DNA of 64,000 nucleotides, taken from contig JAHJQN010000008.1 in the NCBI GenBank assembly GCA_018819225.1, forward strand, positions 128,001 through 192,000, in the 5' to 3' direction. The notes beneath the pieces were generated by a model that was given only the letters and a program-made list of their open reading frames with translations, searched no databases and was not told the origin of the DNA. Below are positions 38,324 through 48,261 of the stretch, one piece after another. Every line of letters begins with the position of its first letter. Position 1 is the first letter of the stretch. This DNA is from Candidatus Micrarchaeota archaeon (GTDB taxonomy: Archaea; Micrarchaeota; Micrarchaeia; Norongarragalinales; SBBD01). The translations under genes were made by a program, and so were the position numbers.

Positions 38324-39145
38324 ATGCGCGCACTCATCTTAATGGCATTCGTGATGATCGGAATCGCGAGCGCCGCCCCGCACGTCATCATTGTCGATCC
38401 GGTTGTGCATACCATCTCCGAAGGAGAAACACTGGATTTGGGCGTGGTAGGGCCGGGACAACGCCTGGAAGTGGAAATTCGCAGTGGAACAGGAGAACCC
38501 GATTTCCAAGGAGAGGAAAAAGACTGGGATCGCTTGCTCGTGGATGAATCCTCCTTGCCCATCGGATGGGAACAACTCGACAGCAAGTACTACGAGCGAA
38601 TCATGAAGGCATTCGTCATCGTTTCACCGCTCGCGCCCGACGGAGAGTATGCGTTTGCACTCCGCACGTTCGACGAATACCAGGGAACGGATCCCGTACG
38701 CTTCAACGCGAAAGTGAAAGTGAGCCGAGACGTATTCAGGTTCCAAGTCCTGCAAGAAGATGTCACGGCCGGAACCGACCAGCCCGCCGTCTACGCCATG
38801 AAGCTCCAAAACCTGGGAAGCGCCAGCGACGCATTCCGGATCGAAGTCGCGGAAGGACTGCCGTCGAAATGGGCGTATACGAGAGACGTGTTCGTACCCC
38901 ATAATACGGAACAGACCATTCAATTCGAGCTCGTCGGAACCGACCAAGGCGAGTACAACGTGCACTTCACAGCGACCTCCCTGTCTTCCGCGGAAATCCA
39001 AGGAGACCAATACGCGGGATTGATAGTCAGAAGCTCGATCATCGAGGAAATGAAAGCAGCGGGTCGAGGCATGCTCTTGTTTCCAACCATCGAGCAAATC
39101 GTGTACAACTTGATAGGCCTTATTGCCATCAACGCGTTCGAATAG
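38324..39145 (+). CDS. Secreted hypothetical protein (Ig-like)
   Basis: Signal peptide MRALILMAFVMIGIASA, L.NLGS.SD.F, beta-rich. Confidence 0.7.
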   Translation: MRALILMAFVMIGIASAAPHVIIVDPVVHTISEGETLDLGVVGPGQRLEVEIRSGTGEPDFQGEEKDWDRLLVDESSLPIGWEQLDSKYYERIMKAFVIVSPLAPDGEYAFALRTFDEYQGTDPVRFNAKVKVSRDVFRFQVLQEDVTAGTDQPAVYAMKLQNLGSASDAFRIEVAEGLPSKWAYTRDVFVPHNTEQTIQFELVGTDQGEYNVHFTATSLSSAEIQGDQYAGLIVRSSIIEEMKAAGRGMLLFPTIEQIVYNLIGLIAINAFE

Positions 39146-39147
39146 AC

Positions 39148-40290
39148 TTAACGCAACGCAGCGCGAACCTCTTTAACGGAAGCATTCGTCTTGATACTCG
39201 TCGGCGAAAAATGCGTCCGCGAAACCTGAAACCCCTTGCGCTTCAATTGATCGGAAACGCGTTCAACGGATCGAACCGACACTCCAGACTTTTTCGCCAA
39301 CACGTGCAAATCGAAAAAAGAAACGGGAAACGCGTTCTCGGAACGCAGCAAGCGAATAAGCTTCTCAACGGATTTCGCATCCTTTGAATGATCTTTTCGA
39401 ACATCCTTCAGCAGCGCATCCAAAAATTTCGAGTCATTTAATTCAGAAAGCCACAACGGGCCCGCCGCTTCCAAAGGCTCGCGGCAACTCGGACAACATT
39501 CTTTTTGCCGCCTGGAAGGAAAGCGGTGCAGGCAATGAACGCAGTGGTTCACGAAACCGATGTTCGGAATCATGTCATCCGCCTTCATCGCGCCTTTCTC
39601 GCATAACAGAAAGGTTTTCACGTAATGACGGCGGTAAAAGGACAAAAGAGGCAGGACGGCGAAATCAAATTTCATCGCCGTACGCGCGACGCGGCCCACG
39701 AGAACACGCAATGCGATCTCGTGCGCGTACGCGCTATGCAACGGACGCGCATCGTAGTGCTTAATGCAGGGAAGCATACGGGCTCCCGCCAAGTTCGCGA
39801 GATCCGTTGCCGTAACTGAAAGAACAGAGGTTTTCTTCAAGCGCCTGAAAGCCGACTCCAGAAAGAAAACCGGGGAACCGAACGGATCGATTTCAATGAA
39901 ATCGAAAAACGTTTCCGAATTAAGGAAAAAGCGGTTCAAGTCCGTGCGTTCAATGGAAGAAACGCGCTCGAGTTTATTCGCTTTCACGTTTTTTTTCAGG
40001 AACGGTAACGCGTCATCGTTCGCGTCCACGAAAAACATTTTTTCAACGTTTTTTCCTTCAAGCGCATAGCGGATGCCGCGCACCCCCAGAGCGCACAAGC
40101 CATCAACAGCAACTGCTTTCTTCACGCCGATGCGCTTCATGGAGTGCTTGAAAGCCAGAACGGAAACGTCGCGGTTGAACTTCATGGCGGGGTTGAAGAA
40201 CACGGGGCAGTGAAACGGATCCCGCAGGCTCTGCCTCGGAATCGTCAAAGAAGCTAAACCTTCCGTTATTTGAGTGGTTTTCATCGTCAT
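39148..40290 (-). CDS. trm1: tRNA (guanine-26-N2)-dimethyltransferase
   Basis: VFFNPAM.FNRD.SV, G.RGIRY, IEIDPFGSP, VTATD, CxxC..CxxC, GPLW, RTHF.P..IKT.A. Confidence 0.95.
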   Translation of the reverse strand: MTMKTTQITEGLASLTIPRQSLRDPFHCPVFFNPAMKFNRDVSVLAFKHSMKRIGVKKAVAVDGLCALGVRGIRYALEGKNVEKMFFVDANDDALPFLKKNVKANKLERVSSIERTDLNRFFLNSETFFDFIEIDPFGSPVFFLESAFRRLKKTSVLSVTATDLANLAGARMLPCIKHYDARPLHSAYAHEIALRVLVGRVARTAMKFDFAVLPLLSFYRRHYVKTFLLCEKGAMKADDMIPNIGFVNHCVHCLHRFPSRRQKECCPSCREPLEAAGPLWLSELNDSKFLDALLKDVRKDHSKDAKSVEKLIRLLRSENAFPVSFFDLHVLAKKSGVSVRSVERVSDQLKRKGFQVSRTHFSPTSIKTNASVKEVRAALR

Positions 40291-40306
40291 TCGAAATCAC
40301 AAGAAA

Positions 40307-43300
40307 TTATCCTGCCAACTTTTTGCAAAGCACAGAGTAGAAAACGCTTTCGAGACCGTTTTGCAATTGATAATGGAATACGGAAGTACCCGAAAGCGGA
40401 ATATTCAATGTTTTTTCAAGAGCTTTAAGGATCGCGGGAGTCTGCGCGTCTGTAACTCCCCATCGTGCCTGCAATAAAGTTCCCAACCAATTGGCATAAA
40501 CGCTGTACTCAGGGTATTTGTATTGCGTGTACACTTGAGCCCCCGCGATCGCGATTCCAACGTAATCAAGGTGACAGGTTTCCGTTACGCCGGCATGAAC
40601 AACCGCATACATCTGATTATCACATACAGAAGAAACGACATAGGAGCGCTTGGGATTGCATTTCTCTATGCAGATGACCACACCTTCAGGCGGAGGACCG
40701 TATAGAGGTTCGGGGAGCCCAACAAGGCAGGAACAAAGGAGTTGTGTGGTGCGGGTCAATGGGAAGAATCCGGGGAAATCGATGTCGATACCCGAAGCAG
40801 TTACTGCCCCCGCTTTCGTCGCCGCTTGAGTTGCAGTGTATGCTGCTTCCTTACATGCAATTTTTGTAGAATACGCAGCTGCTTCACATGCGGTCAATTC
40901 TGCAGCACAAGCGGGTTGAGCACAACAGGGGCATATCAAAACTGCACAGGTAGCGGCGGAGCACGCAGCGTATACATCCCCACAAATATTCATTTCGGCT
41001 AAGTAAGCCGCATCACACGTACGAACCGCCGAAGTGTAACTGGTCGTTTGCGATGAAGCGACGTGGTCGCACATCAGTTTTCTGACAGGGATTTGCCAGA
41101 AACTGCTTGGAATCGGAATCGGAGTCAGATTCTCCTTGTCCTTGACTTGCTCTGCAGCTGCAAGGTTAGCATTCGGATCCGAGTCCACGCAATCTGGCTT
41201 GCCCGTCAGGAAATCGCATAAGGCCAGATAGCCGCCGGACGATTGTCGGCTGAACGACTCGGTTCCTTCGGAAGCCGGCGTGCGCGAACTGCCGGGACAA
41301 GACGGAGGCTGGTTCGGGGAAACGTACTGGTAGCGGTACAGGCGGGAAATGCGTGCGCGGTACGTCCACGCAAAACCGTCGTAAGTGGAAGCGTAGACTT
41401 CGTAAACCGCTGGCGCGTCGCTCTCGCAACCGTACTGCGAAGGCGAGTCCTGAACGGAGACTTGACTGGGAAGCTTGGCGCCTTGAAGCAAGCGAATCAC
41501 CGTAGAGAAAATGAAGGGTTGATCCGTAATCTTTGAAATAGGTAGTTTCGCTCGCTTGTCCGTGCGGAAAGCGGTTTGGTCGGCCATGTTTTGAGCCAGT
41601 TGTTTGAACGCAGAAAACGAGCCTGCGGCTGCTTGAGTCGTGCACCAGCCGTCCGCGCAACAAAACGCGTCGCTGCAGCTTTCCTTGCGCGGGCCCTGAT
41701 CGCTGATATCTTGGTAGTAAGTGGAAGTGGGAGCGTATACGAGGGAAGCGGCCTTGCCGTCGTTCTCAAAAAGTTCCAATAGGCCGTCGCCGCTCCACGC
41801 ATAACTTTTAGCGCCCGCGCGATCGAATTCAGTGAATTGTTGATTGTTAATGGATAGGCGGCGCTGGCCCTGCGCTTCACTGATAATGTGGAAGAGCTTG
41901 GAGGAAGAGCCCTCTAAAGAAGCGGGTTCCAAGTAAGTCGTGGGAAAGCTGTTGTCGATGCGCAAATCAATGGGAAGCGATAAAACGTTGGAAGCGTCTC
42001 CGGGACAGGTCAGCTCGAGAACGGATTCGCCTGCTTGCGTTAGCTGGCCTCCGCTTAAATCAATGGGGCACGACGGACGATAGGGTCCGCCGCGGAAAAT
42101 AATGTAGCCGTCTTGAACTGAGAAACAGTCTGCGTTCGGGGAACGGATCGCCGTAAGCGGATGAGTGCATTTATCGGTGATGTCGAATTTCACTACGTCG
42201 CCTGGGAAAATGGGATCGGCCTGCATTTGAATGGACGCGATGTTGGTAACAAGTTGTCCGTTGACGATATCGATGCCGATGCCGGGACGAGGAGTCGGAG
42301 TCGGCCCTCCTGAATCCCCAACGCATACGCCGTTCTGGCATCCACGCAAGCAGTTTTGCACGCGTTCGGCTTGCAGAACATTGGAACACGTTCCGAAATC
42401 ACATGAACGCGTTCCATAATTCGAGTATACATCCCCGTTTTGACAGAAGGGCTCGCCGGAATAGCCATCCAAACCGCAATCGCCGTCGTAATGGCAGTCA
42501 ATAGTGGGATCGGGTTCGGAAATCACGTCTACAAACGTGTCGGTGCAGGCCTTGCTGCCGATGGATGCGGAAACCGAAAAGCTGCCGGAGTTGGGATAGT
42601 AACACATCGCCGAGCATAAACCCGTGCGGTCCGCGCAATTCGTTGCAACGGTTGCGCGATCGTTCCCGCAATTAATGTTAATGATTTGAGGCGCTGAAGA
42701 AAGATCGAAGTAATTGACTTGAGCCATCGTGGATTGACCTGAATTCAGCTCGCTCTTTTGAACGTTGACGGTGCAACGACCGTTTTCAGTTGGAATAGAG
42801 GGAATGCACGTGCCCGTGCTTTGATCGCATTCGCCGGAAGCGCATTCGTAATTGTAAGTGCACTCAAGCGGAGTCGAACAAGAGCCCGTGCAGCAAACCC
42901 CTGCGGTACAAGCGCCCTCGATGGGAGAGCATTCCTCGTAATCGCCGCAACCGCCTACGCACGAGCCGCCTGCTTCGGAGCATAAGGCGTCTGCAGACGG
43001 CGTTTCGTCACAGAGTCGAGTATTTTCATTACAGCTCCCGGAATCACATTCCGAGTCTTCCTCGCAGGGTTCCGGAGCAGCGTCCGGAGATTCACAGTAT
43101 CCGGTCGCGACGTCGCATTGTTGCGGATAACACTCCCAGTTCTCGGAACAAGGCTGGAGCGTGGGCTCGGGAGTCGGCGTGCCGATGAAACCGCAATCCA
43201 CGCGGCAGATTCCATCCAAACAAAGCATTTTCCCGGAAGGACATACCTCGAGTTCGGGCTCTTCCGACGGATCGGGAAGGGTTATGCAAAGGTATTGGCA

Positions 43301-46084
43301 CGAGCCATCCTCGCAAATGCGCTTTCCTCGGCCGCAAGAAGTTAGAATGGAGAAATCGATGGTTTCACGGATCTTCTGGTTCTCAAGATTTTCTGGCCAG
43401 ACTTCAACCGTAACGGTTTCCTCACCTTCGCGCAAGGGCCAGCTCGTTACTTTAACATCGTAATAGGAGCTATCGGAAACGGAGGCAAGAACAGAAGAGG
43501 CTTGAGAGTCCATAGAAGCGGCGTGGTTAACCGAGTACTTTTTGAACGCGAGAAGGCCGCCGCGTTGTGAAACACGGAAATTGAAGGGACGATTCGAGAA
43601 CGAAGGAGAGGGATCGAAATCGAGGTGAACGAATAATGCGGAGAGAACGCAGGAATCCTCGCAGCCATCGCACGAATCGTCGCACTCGAGTCCGGAAGGG
43701 CCTTCCAATGCGCGGGCTTGAAATCCGTCACCAGCTAGAAACCCGTCTTGCTCCAGCGCAATGGATAAACAGCCGGCTGCTTGACACCTGAACTCTTGAA
43801 CTTGCACGAGCGGAAGAGATTCCTCGAATGTACTGGCATAGCAGCCTCCTTTGTCCGGCGTGCTTTCCAAGAAGCCCAGTTGTTCGTCAGGAGGGACGCG
43901 GAAATAGCCGTCATCTTGCAACGCGTACGCCCTGTAAAAGAACGGAATCGAGGTTTTACCTTGCACATTATTTTTGACTTGGAAGCGGAAGGAAACGTCT
44001 TGGACCATGGGACCGTTGAAAACAAGTTCCATCCATTTGAAGCCGTCATCGCTCGCCGTATCCACTGGGCAAACCGGACCCGGAACGTAGGAAGGAGAAC
44101 GAACCACTGAATCAGCGGGAGTCAGCGCATCATAAGAGAGAAGCTGGCCCTCGCCTTGCTCGAGGTCCGAACCCGTACCCAAACGGAAATAGACGCCGGT
44201 TTCCTCCGCGTCACTTGAACCCACTAAAAGCTTAGCGGTATATTGAAGGCCGGCTTGCAGCTCGGATACTTGGTTGTCGAAGGCATCGAAGACGCCCAGC
44301 CATTGAACATAAGACCCTTCCAGCTCATCGATGGGTAACAGGAATAAGGGAACGGATTTCTCGTCCTCTCCTCCGGAGAACACTTCAGAAGAGTAATCGA
44401 AGTACTCGGACGCGAACACGTCCACGATTCCCGAAGAAAGATGGGGCAAGCGCAGATAACAAAGCGTGCCCGAACAGTAATCAAAGGATTCGTCTTCAAC
44501 GGAAAGCGCGAAGTCCGCAAACACGGGCGCTTCAGAAAACGCGTCGTACGCCGAGACTTCTAAGAACGTGACCGGGCCGCTCAAAAATATTTCTAAGTAT
44601 TCGTTTTGTAGAAGGAGGACGCGGCCGTAACCGGTCTCGCCTGAATAATGTTCTTCAACGGTGTATTTGAAATTGATAGGAAGGTAGACCGTTAAACTCG
44701 CGGAAGAATCGGTGTTGGATTCCAAGAGCACGGTCTTATCCTCCGATAAAACGCGTACCTCGGCACCCGAAAGCGCATTGCGGGAAGCATCCTGAGTTTG
44801 AATGGTTAATGCGGCGGAATTCTCGGCGGTCGCCATTTCCAAAAACAAAGAAACGTCTTCCGAAAAGGGAGCGGTAAAGAAGCCGCTGACCGCCGGAAGA
44901 CGCGCATCCGAAAAAGCGGACACGTAATAAGTGAGGGAAGCGGGATCTTCACCCAATGCGAGTTCGATGTCCGCGAGAGTCAACACGGATTCGCCCGAAC
45001 TCTCTTGTTGCAATACGAGCCGGCTATCGGACGTGTAAAGCGAGATGGTTGAGGAAACGAGGTTGCCTTCCTCGTCCAACGTGCGAACCTTGAAGTCTTC
45101 CGTGAGTCCGTCCGAACGAAGCGAAATTTCGTGCTTCGTCAACGCTTTGATCTTTATTTGCTGCGAGCCCGCATAGGGAAGGAAGAGGTCGGAACGGGCG
45201 GCAAGATACACGCGGGATCCGACGAGCAGGCCATCGAAGGTAGTTTTGCCGTTCACCGTGTCCTTGGAAGCGAGCTGCACATCCGTGGACGCGTCGAAAA
45301 CCGTTACCGTGGATTGGGACACGGGATTTCCGTCCGGATCTTTCACGAGAACCTCGAGCGAACCATACTCCAAATCAGCGGGCGCGCCGGACGGACGAGG
45401 CGTGGCCGAACCCGACCGGCGCTGCAAAGTCACTTCAACGACTTTCCCTTTTTTCGGGAGAAACGAAAACGATTTTTCCAAGTAGTTCGGGTGAGACACG
45501 CGCGTGTTCACCGTACGGCCCTCGGAAACCAACAAAACCGCCTTTCCTTGGGCATCCGTTTCGGCCGAAGAAGATTTTTGGGAGCGATCCGAAGCGTATT
45601 GAATGGATGCTTTGGAAATGGCCGAACCGGAATCGTGATCCAAAACGAGAACGGTGATGCTCAAGGTTTCAAGCGCGGGAATGGTTTGTTCAGGCGATAA
45701 TTCCACGCTGACGGACGGCTTGTTTTGAACAACAGCCGTCGCCAACTCGTAACCGTTCTTCAGCACTTTCACGACGACTTTCGGCAGGTTGACATTTGAA
45801 AACAAGGCGCGGCCTTGCGCGTCGCTTCGCTGTTCGTCAATGAAATTTCCCTTCTCATCGAAAAGTTGAACGCGTGCATCGGACACGGCTTCACCGCTCT
45901 CCGATAACACGGTCACTTTCAATTCGCTGATCACGGATTTCGGGAGAAAGAAAGTGGTCAAGAAAGCGAGAATGGCGAGAACGAGAATGATCAGAATAAT
46001 GAGGGACGGGAGCGCGGGAAGACCCTTGGATTCGGCGAATTCGGCGAACTGAGCATATACGCGCTTGAGGTCCTCAGGATCCAT
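40307..46084 (-). CDS. Giant (1925 aa) N-terminally anchored surface protein with carboxypeptidase-regulatory-like repeats and many Cys-rich modules
   Basis: N-terminal TM, repeated V.V.D..G..V..A.V....TD..G.A beta-sandwich units and Cys clusters in the C-terminal half. Confidence 0.8.
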   Translation of the reverse strand: MDPEDLKRVYAQFAEFAESKGLPALPSLIILIILVLAILAFLTTFFLPKSVISELKVTVLSESGEAVSDARVQLFDEKGNFIDEQRSDAQGRALFSNVNLPKVVVKVLKNGYELATAVVQNKPSVSVELSPEQTIPALETLSITVLVLDHDSGSAISKASIQYASDRSQKSSSAETDAQGKAVLLVSEGRTVNTRVSHPNYLEKSFSFLPKKGKVVEVTLQRRSGSATPRPSGAPADLEYGSLEVLVKDPDGNPVSQSTVTVFDASTDVQLASKDTVNGKTTFDGLLVGSRVYLAARSDLFLPYAGSQQIKIKALTKHEISLRSDGLTEDFKVRTLDEEGNLVSSTISLYTSDSRLVLQQESSGESVLTLADIELALGEDPASLTYYVSAFSDARLPAVSGFFTAPFSEDVSLFLEMATAENSAALTIQTQDASRNALSGAEVRVLSEDKTVLLESNTDSSASLTVYLPINFKYTVEEHYSGETGYGRVLLLQNEYLEIFLSGPVTFLEVSAYDAFSEAPVFADFALSVEDESFDYCSGTLCYLRLPHLSSGIVDVFASEYFDYSSEVFSGGEDEKSVPLFLLPIDELEGSYVQWLGVFDAFDNQVSELQAGLQYTAKLLVGSSDAEETGVYFRLGTGSDLEQGEGQLLSYDALTPADSVVRSPSYVPGPVCPVDTASDDGFKWMELVFNGPMVQDVSFRFQVKNNVQGKTSIPFFYRAYALQDDGYFRVPPDEQLGFLESTPDKGGCYASTFEESLPLVQVQEFRCQAAGCLSIALEQDGFLAGDGFQARALEGPSGLECDDSCDGCEDSCVLSALFVHLDFDPSPSFSNRPFNFRVSQRGGLLAFKKYSVNHAASMDSQASSVLASVSDSSYYDVKVTSWPLREGEETVTVEVWPENLENQKIRETIDFSILTSCGRGKRICEDGSCQYLCITLPDPSEEPELEVCPSGKMLCLDGICRVDCGFIGTPTPEPTLQPCSENWECYPQQCDVATGYCESPDAAPEPCEEDSECDSGSCNENTRLCDETPSADALCSEAGGSCVGGCGDYEECSPIEGACTAGVCCTGSCSTPLECTYNYECASGECDQSTGTCIPSIPTENGRCTVNVQKSELNSGQSTMAQVNYFDLSSAPQIININCGNDRATVATNCADRTGLCSAMCYYPNSGSFSVSASIGSKACTDTFVDVISEPDPTIDCHYDGDCGLDGYSGEPFCQNGDVYSNYGTRSCDFGTCSNVLQAERVQNCLRGCQNGVCVGDSGGPTPTPRPGIGIDIVNGQLVTNIASIQMQADPIFPGDVVKFDITDKCTHPLTAIRSPNADCFSVQDGYIIFRGGPYRPSCPIDLSGGQLTQAGESVLELTCPGDASNVLSLPIDLRIDNSFPTTYLEPASLEGSSSKLFHIISEAQGQRRLSINNQQFTEFDRAGAKSYAWSGDGLLELFENDGKAASLVYAPTSTYYQDISDQGPRKESCSDAFCCADGWCTTQAAAGSFSAFKQLAQNMADQTAFRTDKRAKLPISKITDQPFIFSTVIRLLQGAKLPSQVSVQDSPSQYGCESDAPAVYEVYASTYDGFAWTYRARISRLYRYQYVSPNQPPSCPGSSRTPASEGTESFSRQSSGGYLALCDFLTGKPDCVDSDPNANLAAAEQVKDKENLTPIPIPSSFWQIPVRKLMCDHVASSQTTSYTSAVRTCDAAYLAEMNICGDVYAACSAATCAVLICPCCAQPACAAELTACEAAAYSTKIACKEAAYTATQAATKAGAVTASGIDIDFPGFFPLTRTTQLLCSCLVGLPEPLYGPPPEGVVICIEKCNPKRSYVVSSVCDNQMYAVVHAGVTETCHLDYVGIAIAGAQVYTQYKYPEYSVYANWLGTLLQARWGVTDAQTPAILKALEKTLNIPLSGTSVFHYQLQNGLESVFYSVLCKKLAG

Positions 46085-46128
46085 GCAATGTCGCTAGGCA
46101 CTAAGAAGCGAGAGCTTAAAAAAGGTTT

Positions 46129-48201
46129 TTAGGAACGAAGAATGCGGCGAATCTGATCCTTGGGAGTCCCGTGATACGCGTCTTCGGATAAAATGCCGGC
46201 CTGGAAAAGCTTGCGGCCGCGCACGCGACCAACGCCCTTGATCCGGCACAGCGAAAGCAATTCCTCTTTAATGCCGTGGCGCAGACGGCGACGCAAGCGC
46301 TTGGCTTCCGCGTGCACGCCGGAGGCATTCAGAATAAAAGCGAGTTCCTGCACCGAATAACATAACCAGACCACGTTGCGCAAACGGGTAGCAAGCATTC
46401 CGGGAGGGACTTCAAACTTCTCGAGAAGCGATTCCTCCGTTTCCTCATTGATCCAAGCGTTCAACAGCTTCGCGGCCTTGAACTTCGACAGAAAATTATA
46501 GTCATCGAACTGTTTTTCCAAATAGAGGTTCAGCGGAATGCCTTCGAGTTCCTCGAACAGGGCTTGCTCTTCGTTGCGCTTCACCACGGGAAGAGGAGAC
46601 ATCTCCGTTGCGCAGTGCAATGCCAGCAAATAATCCAAGACGCGCTTGTCTCCCTTGGATTGGATGAAGTCCACGAACGCGTTCGCGGAAAGCGGATCAA
46701 TGTAAAGCTCGGAAATTCGTTTTCCGAGCGGAGTGGCGGTCAGCGACGCGTTCTTGCGTTCGCTCACAAAACCCATGTTCTTGAGCTCGAAAACCACTTC
46801 CTCCACCATACCCAGCAATTCATCCGAAGAACCGTATTGAAACGCGAACAGGCTTTTCTGGAAAAACTCAAAAAGCTCTTTAAACGAATGGCAGTACCCG
46901 GACGCCAATAATCCCAAGCAATGCATGCGCAAAACCGCTGCGGACGAGAGTTTGGATTCAATGTTCTCGAGGCCCCCGAACACGTATTCCGAAAGTACGC
47001 GATCCTTGTCCTTCGGAGCACACATGAGAACCGCTATGCCTTGCGAATCATACCGGGGACGGCCCGAACGGCCCGCCATTTGAGCGACCTCAAAACGCGG
47101 AATGTACTCGGAAAAAGCACCCGTAAAACGCTTGAGATCCCGAATGATCACGTAAGAAGCAGGTAAATCAACGCCCATGGCCAAGGTCGTGGTAGCCACA
47201 ATCACTTTAATGACGCGTTTCTCCTTGAATCCCTCCTCAATCACGGTGCGTTGTTTCCCCGTAATGCCCGCGTGATGAAACGCGATGCCGTTCCGAAGAG
47301 CATCGGAAAGCGTGCGGCACTGCATCGTGGGATGGGGCAACGCCTTCAAAGCGCGAGCCGAAAGCGTCTCCAAGGAAGCGCGTTCCTCGGAAGAGATGAA
47401 CGGGGAAATGAACGGACTCAGCTCTCCAGCCGTGCGTTCTGCCGAGCGACGAGAGGAAACGAATACAATGGCTTGACCTTTCGAAGTCAAGCAACGACCC
47501 AATACGTCTTCCAGAACGCGCTTGGAAAGGATTTCCTCGGAAGACGAGCCGGAGTCGCCCAGTAATAAATACTGGTTCCCAGCAGCAATCGCGTACACCA
47601 ATTTAGTGGGACGGTAATCACTGGAAAAGAGTCGCGCATTCATCCAGCCCGCGAGTTCCTGCGCGTTCGCAACCGTGGCGCTCAAGGCGAGGAGCTGCAC
47701 GTCCAAGTTCATGAGCTTAACGAACACGATTTCCAGGGTGGCTCCGCGGCCGGCATCATGTAATAGATGCACTTCATCCACGACCGCCAGGGTAATGCGT
47801 CGGATCCAAGAGGCGTTGTGGCGAAGCAAGGAATCGAATTTCTCGACCGTGGCAATGATGACATCCGCGCGTTGAAGCTCTTCCGAAGAGGAATCAAAAT
47901 CAGACGTGGCAACGGCTACTTTCAAACCAAACGGGGCCAGCGAAGCGGAAAACTCGCGATGCTTTTCTTGCGCCAGCGCTTTTAATGGAACCAAATAGAT
48001 GCTCTTGCCGTTAAGCTCCTGCGCGTTTTGAATGATGCGAAGAATGGCCAGAAGCGTTTTGCCGGAAGCCGTGGGAGCGCACACGAGTGACCGCGGGGAT
48101 CCAAGAAATCCTTGAGCCAGGAGATGGCTCTGCATGGGATTCAACGAACGATAGGGAAGTTTTTCTAATGCGGACTGCCAACGGAACACCTGCATAAACA
48201 T
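46129..48201 (-). CDS. hel308: Ski2-like DNA helicase Hel308/Hjm
   Basis: PTASGKT, PLKALA.EK, DEVH, LSAT, FHHAG, TTTLAMGVDLPA, QMAGRSGRP.YD, T.LG...S.LYIDP, GVGRVR. Confidence 0.92.
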   Translation of the reverse strand: MFMQVFRWQSALEKLPYRSLNPMQSHLLAQGFLGSPRSLVCAPTASGKTLLAILRIIQNAQELNGKSIYLVPLKALAQEKHREFSASLAPFGLKVAVATSDFDSSSEELQRADVIIATVEKFDSLLRHNASWIRRITLAVVDEVHLLHDAGRGATLEIVFVKLMNLDVQLLALSATVANAQELAGWMNARLFSSDYRPTKLVYAIAAGNQYLLLGDSGSSSEEILSKRVLEDVLGRCLTSKGQAIVFVSSRRSAERTAGELSPFISPFISSEERASLETLSARALKALPHPTMQCRTLSDALRNGIAFHHAGITGKQRTVIEEGFKEKRVIKVIVATTTLAMGVDLPASYVIIRDLKRFTGAFSEYIPRFEVAQMAGRSGRPRYDSQGIAVLMCAPKDKDRVLSEYVFGGLENIESKLSSAAVLRMHCLGLLASGYCHSFKELFEFFQKSLFAFQYGSSDELLGMVEEVVFELKNMGFVSERKNASLTATPLGKRISELYIDPLSANAFVDFIQSKGDKRVLDYLLALHCATEMSPLPVVKRNEEQALFEELEGIPLNLYLEKQFDDYNFLSKFKAAKLLNAWINEETEESLLEKFEVPPGMLATRLRNVVWLCYSVQELAFILNASGVHAEAKRLRRRLRHGIKEELLSLCRIKGVGRVRGRKLFQAGILSEDAYHGTPKDQIRRILRS

Positions 48202-48261
48202 GTACCTGAATGCTTCAAGAGAGGAAAAAGGTTATTAGAGGCATCAGGCGCCGCGTTTCCA

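Noticed and set aside
40307-41100. Diversity-generating retroelement target
   Set aside because: No reverse transcriptase or template/variable repeat pair was seen in the window.
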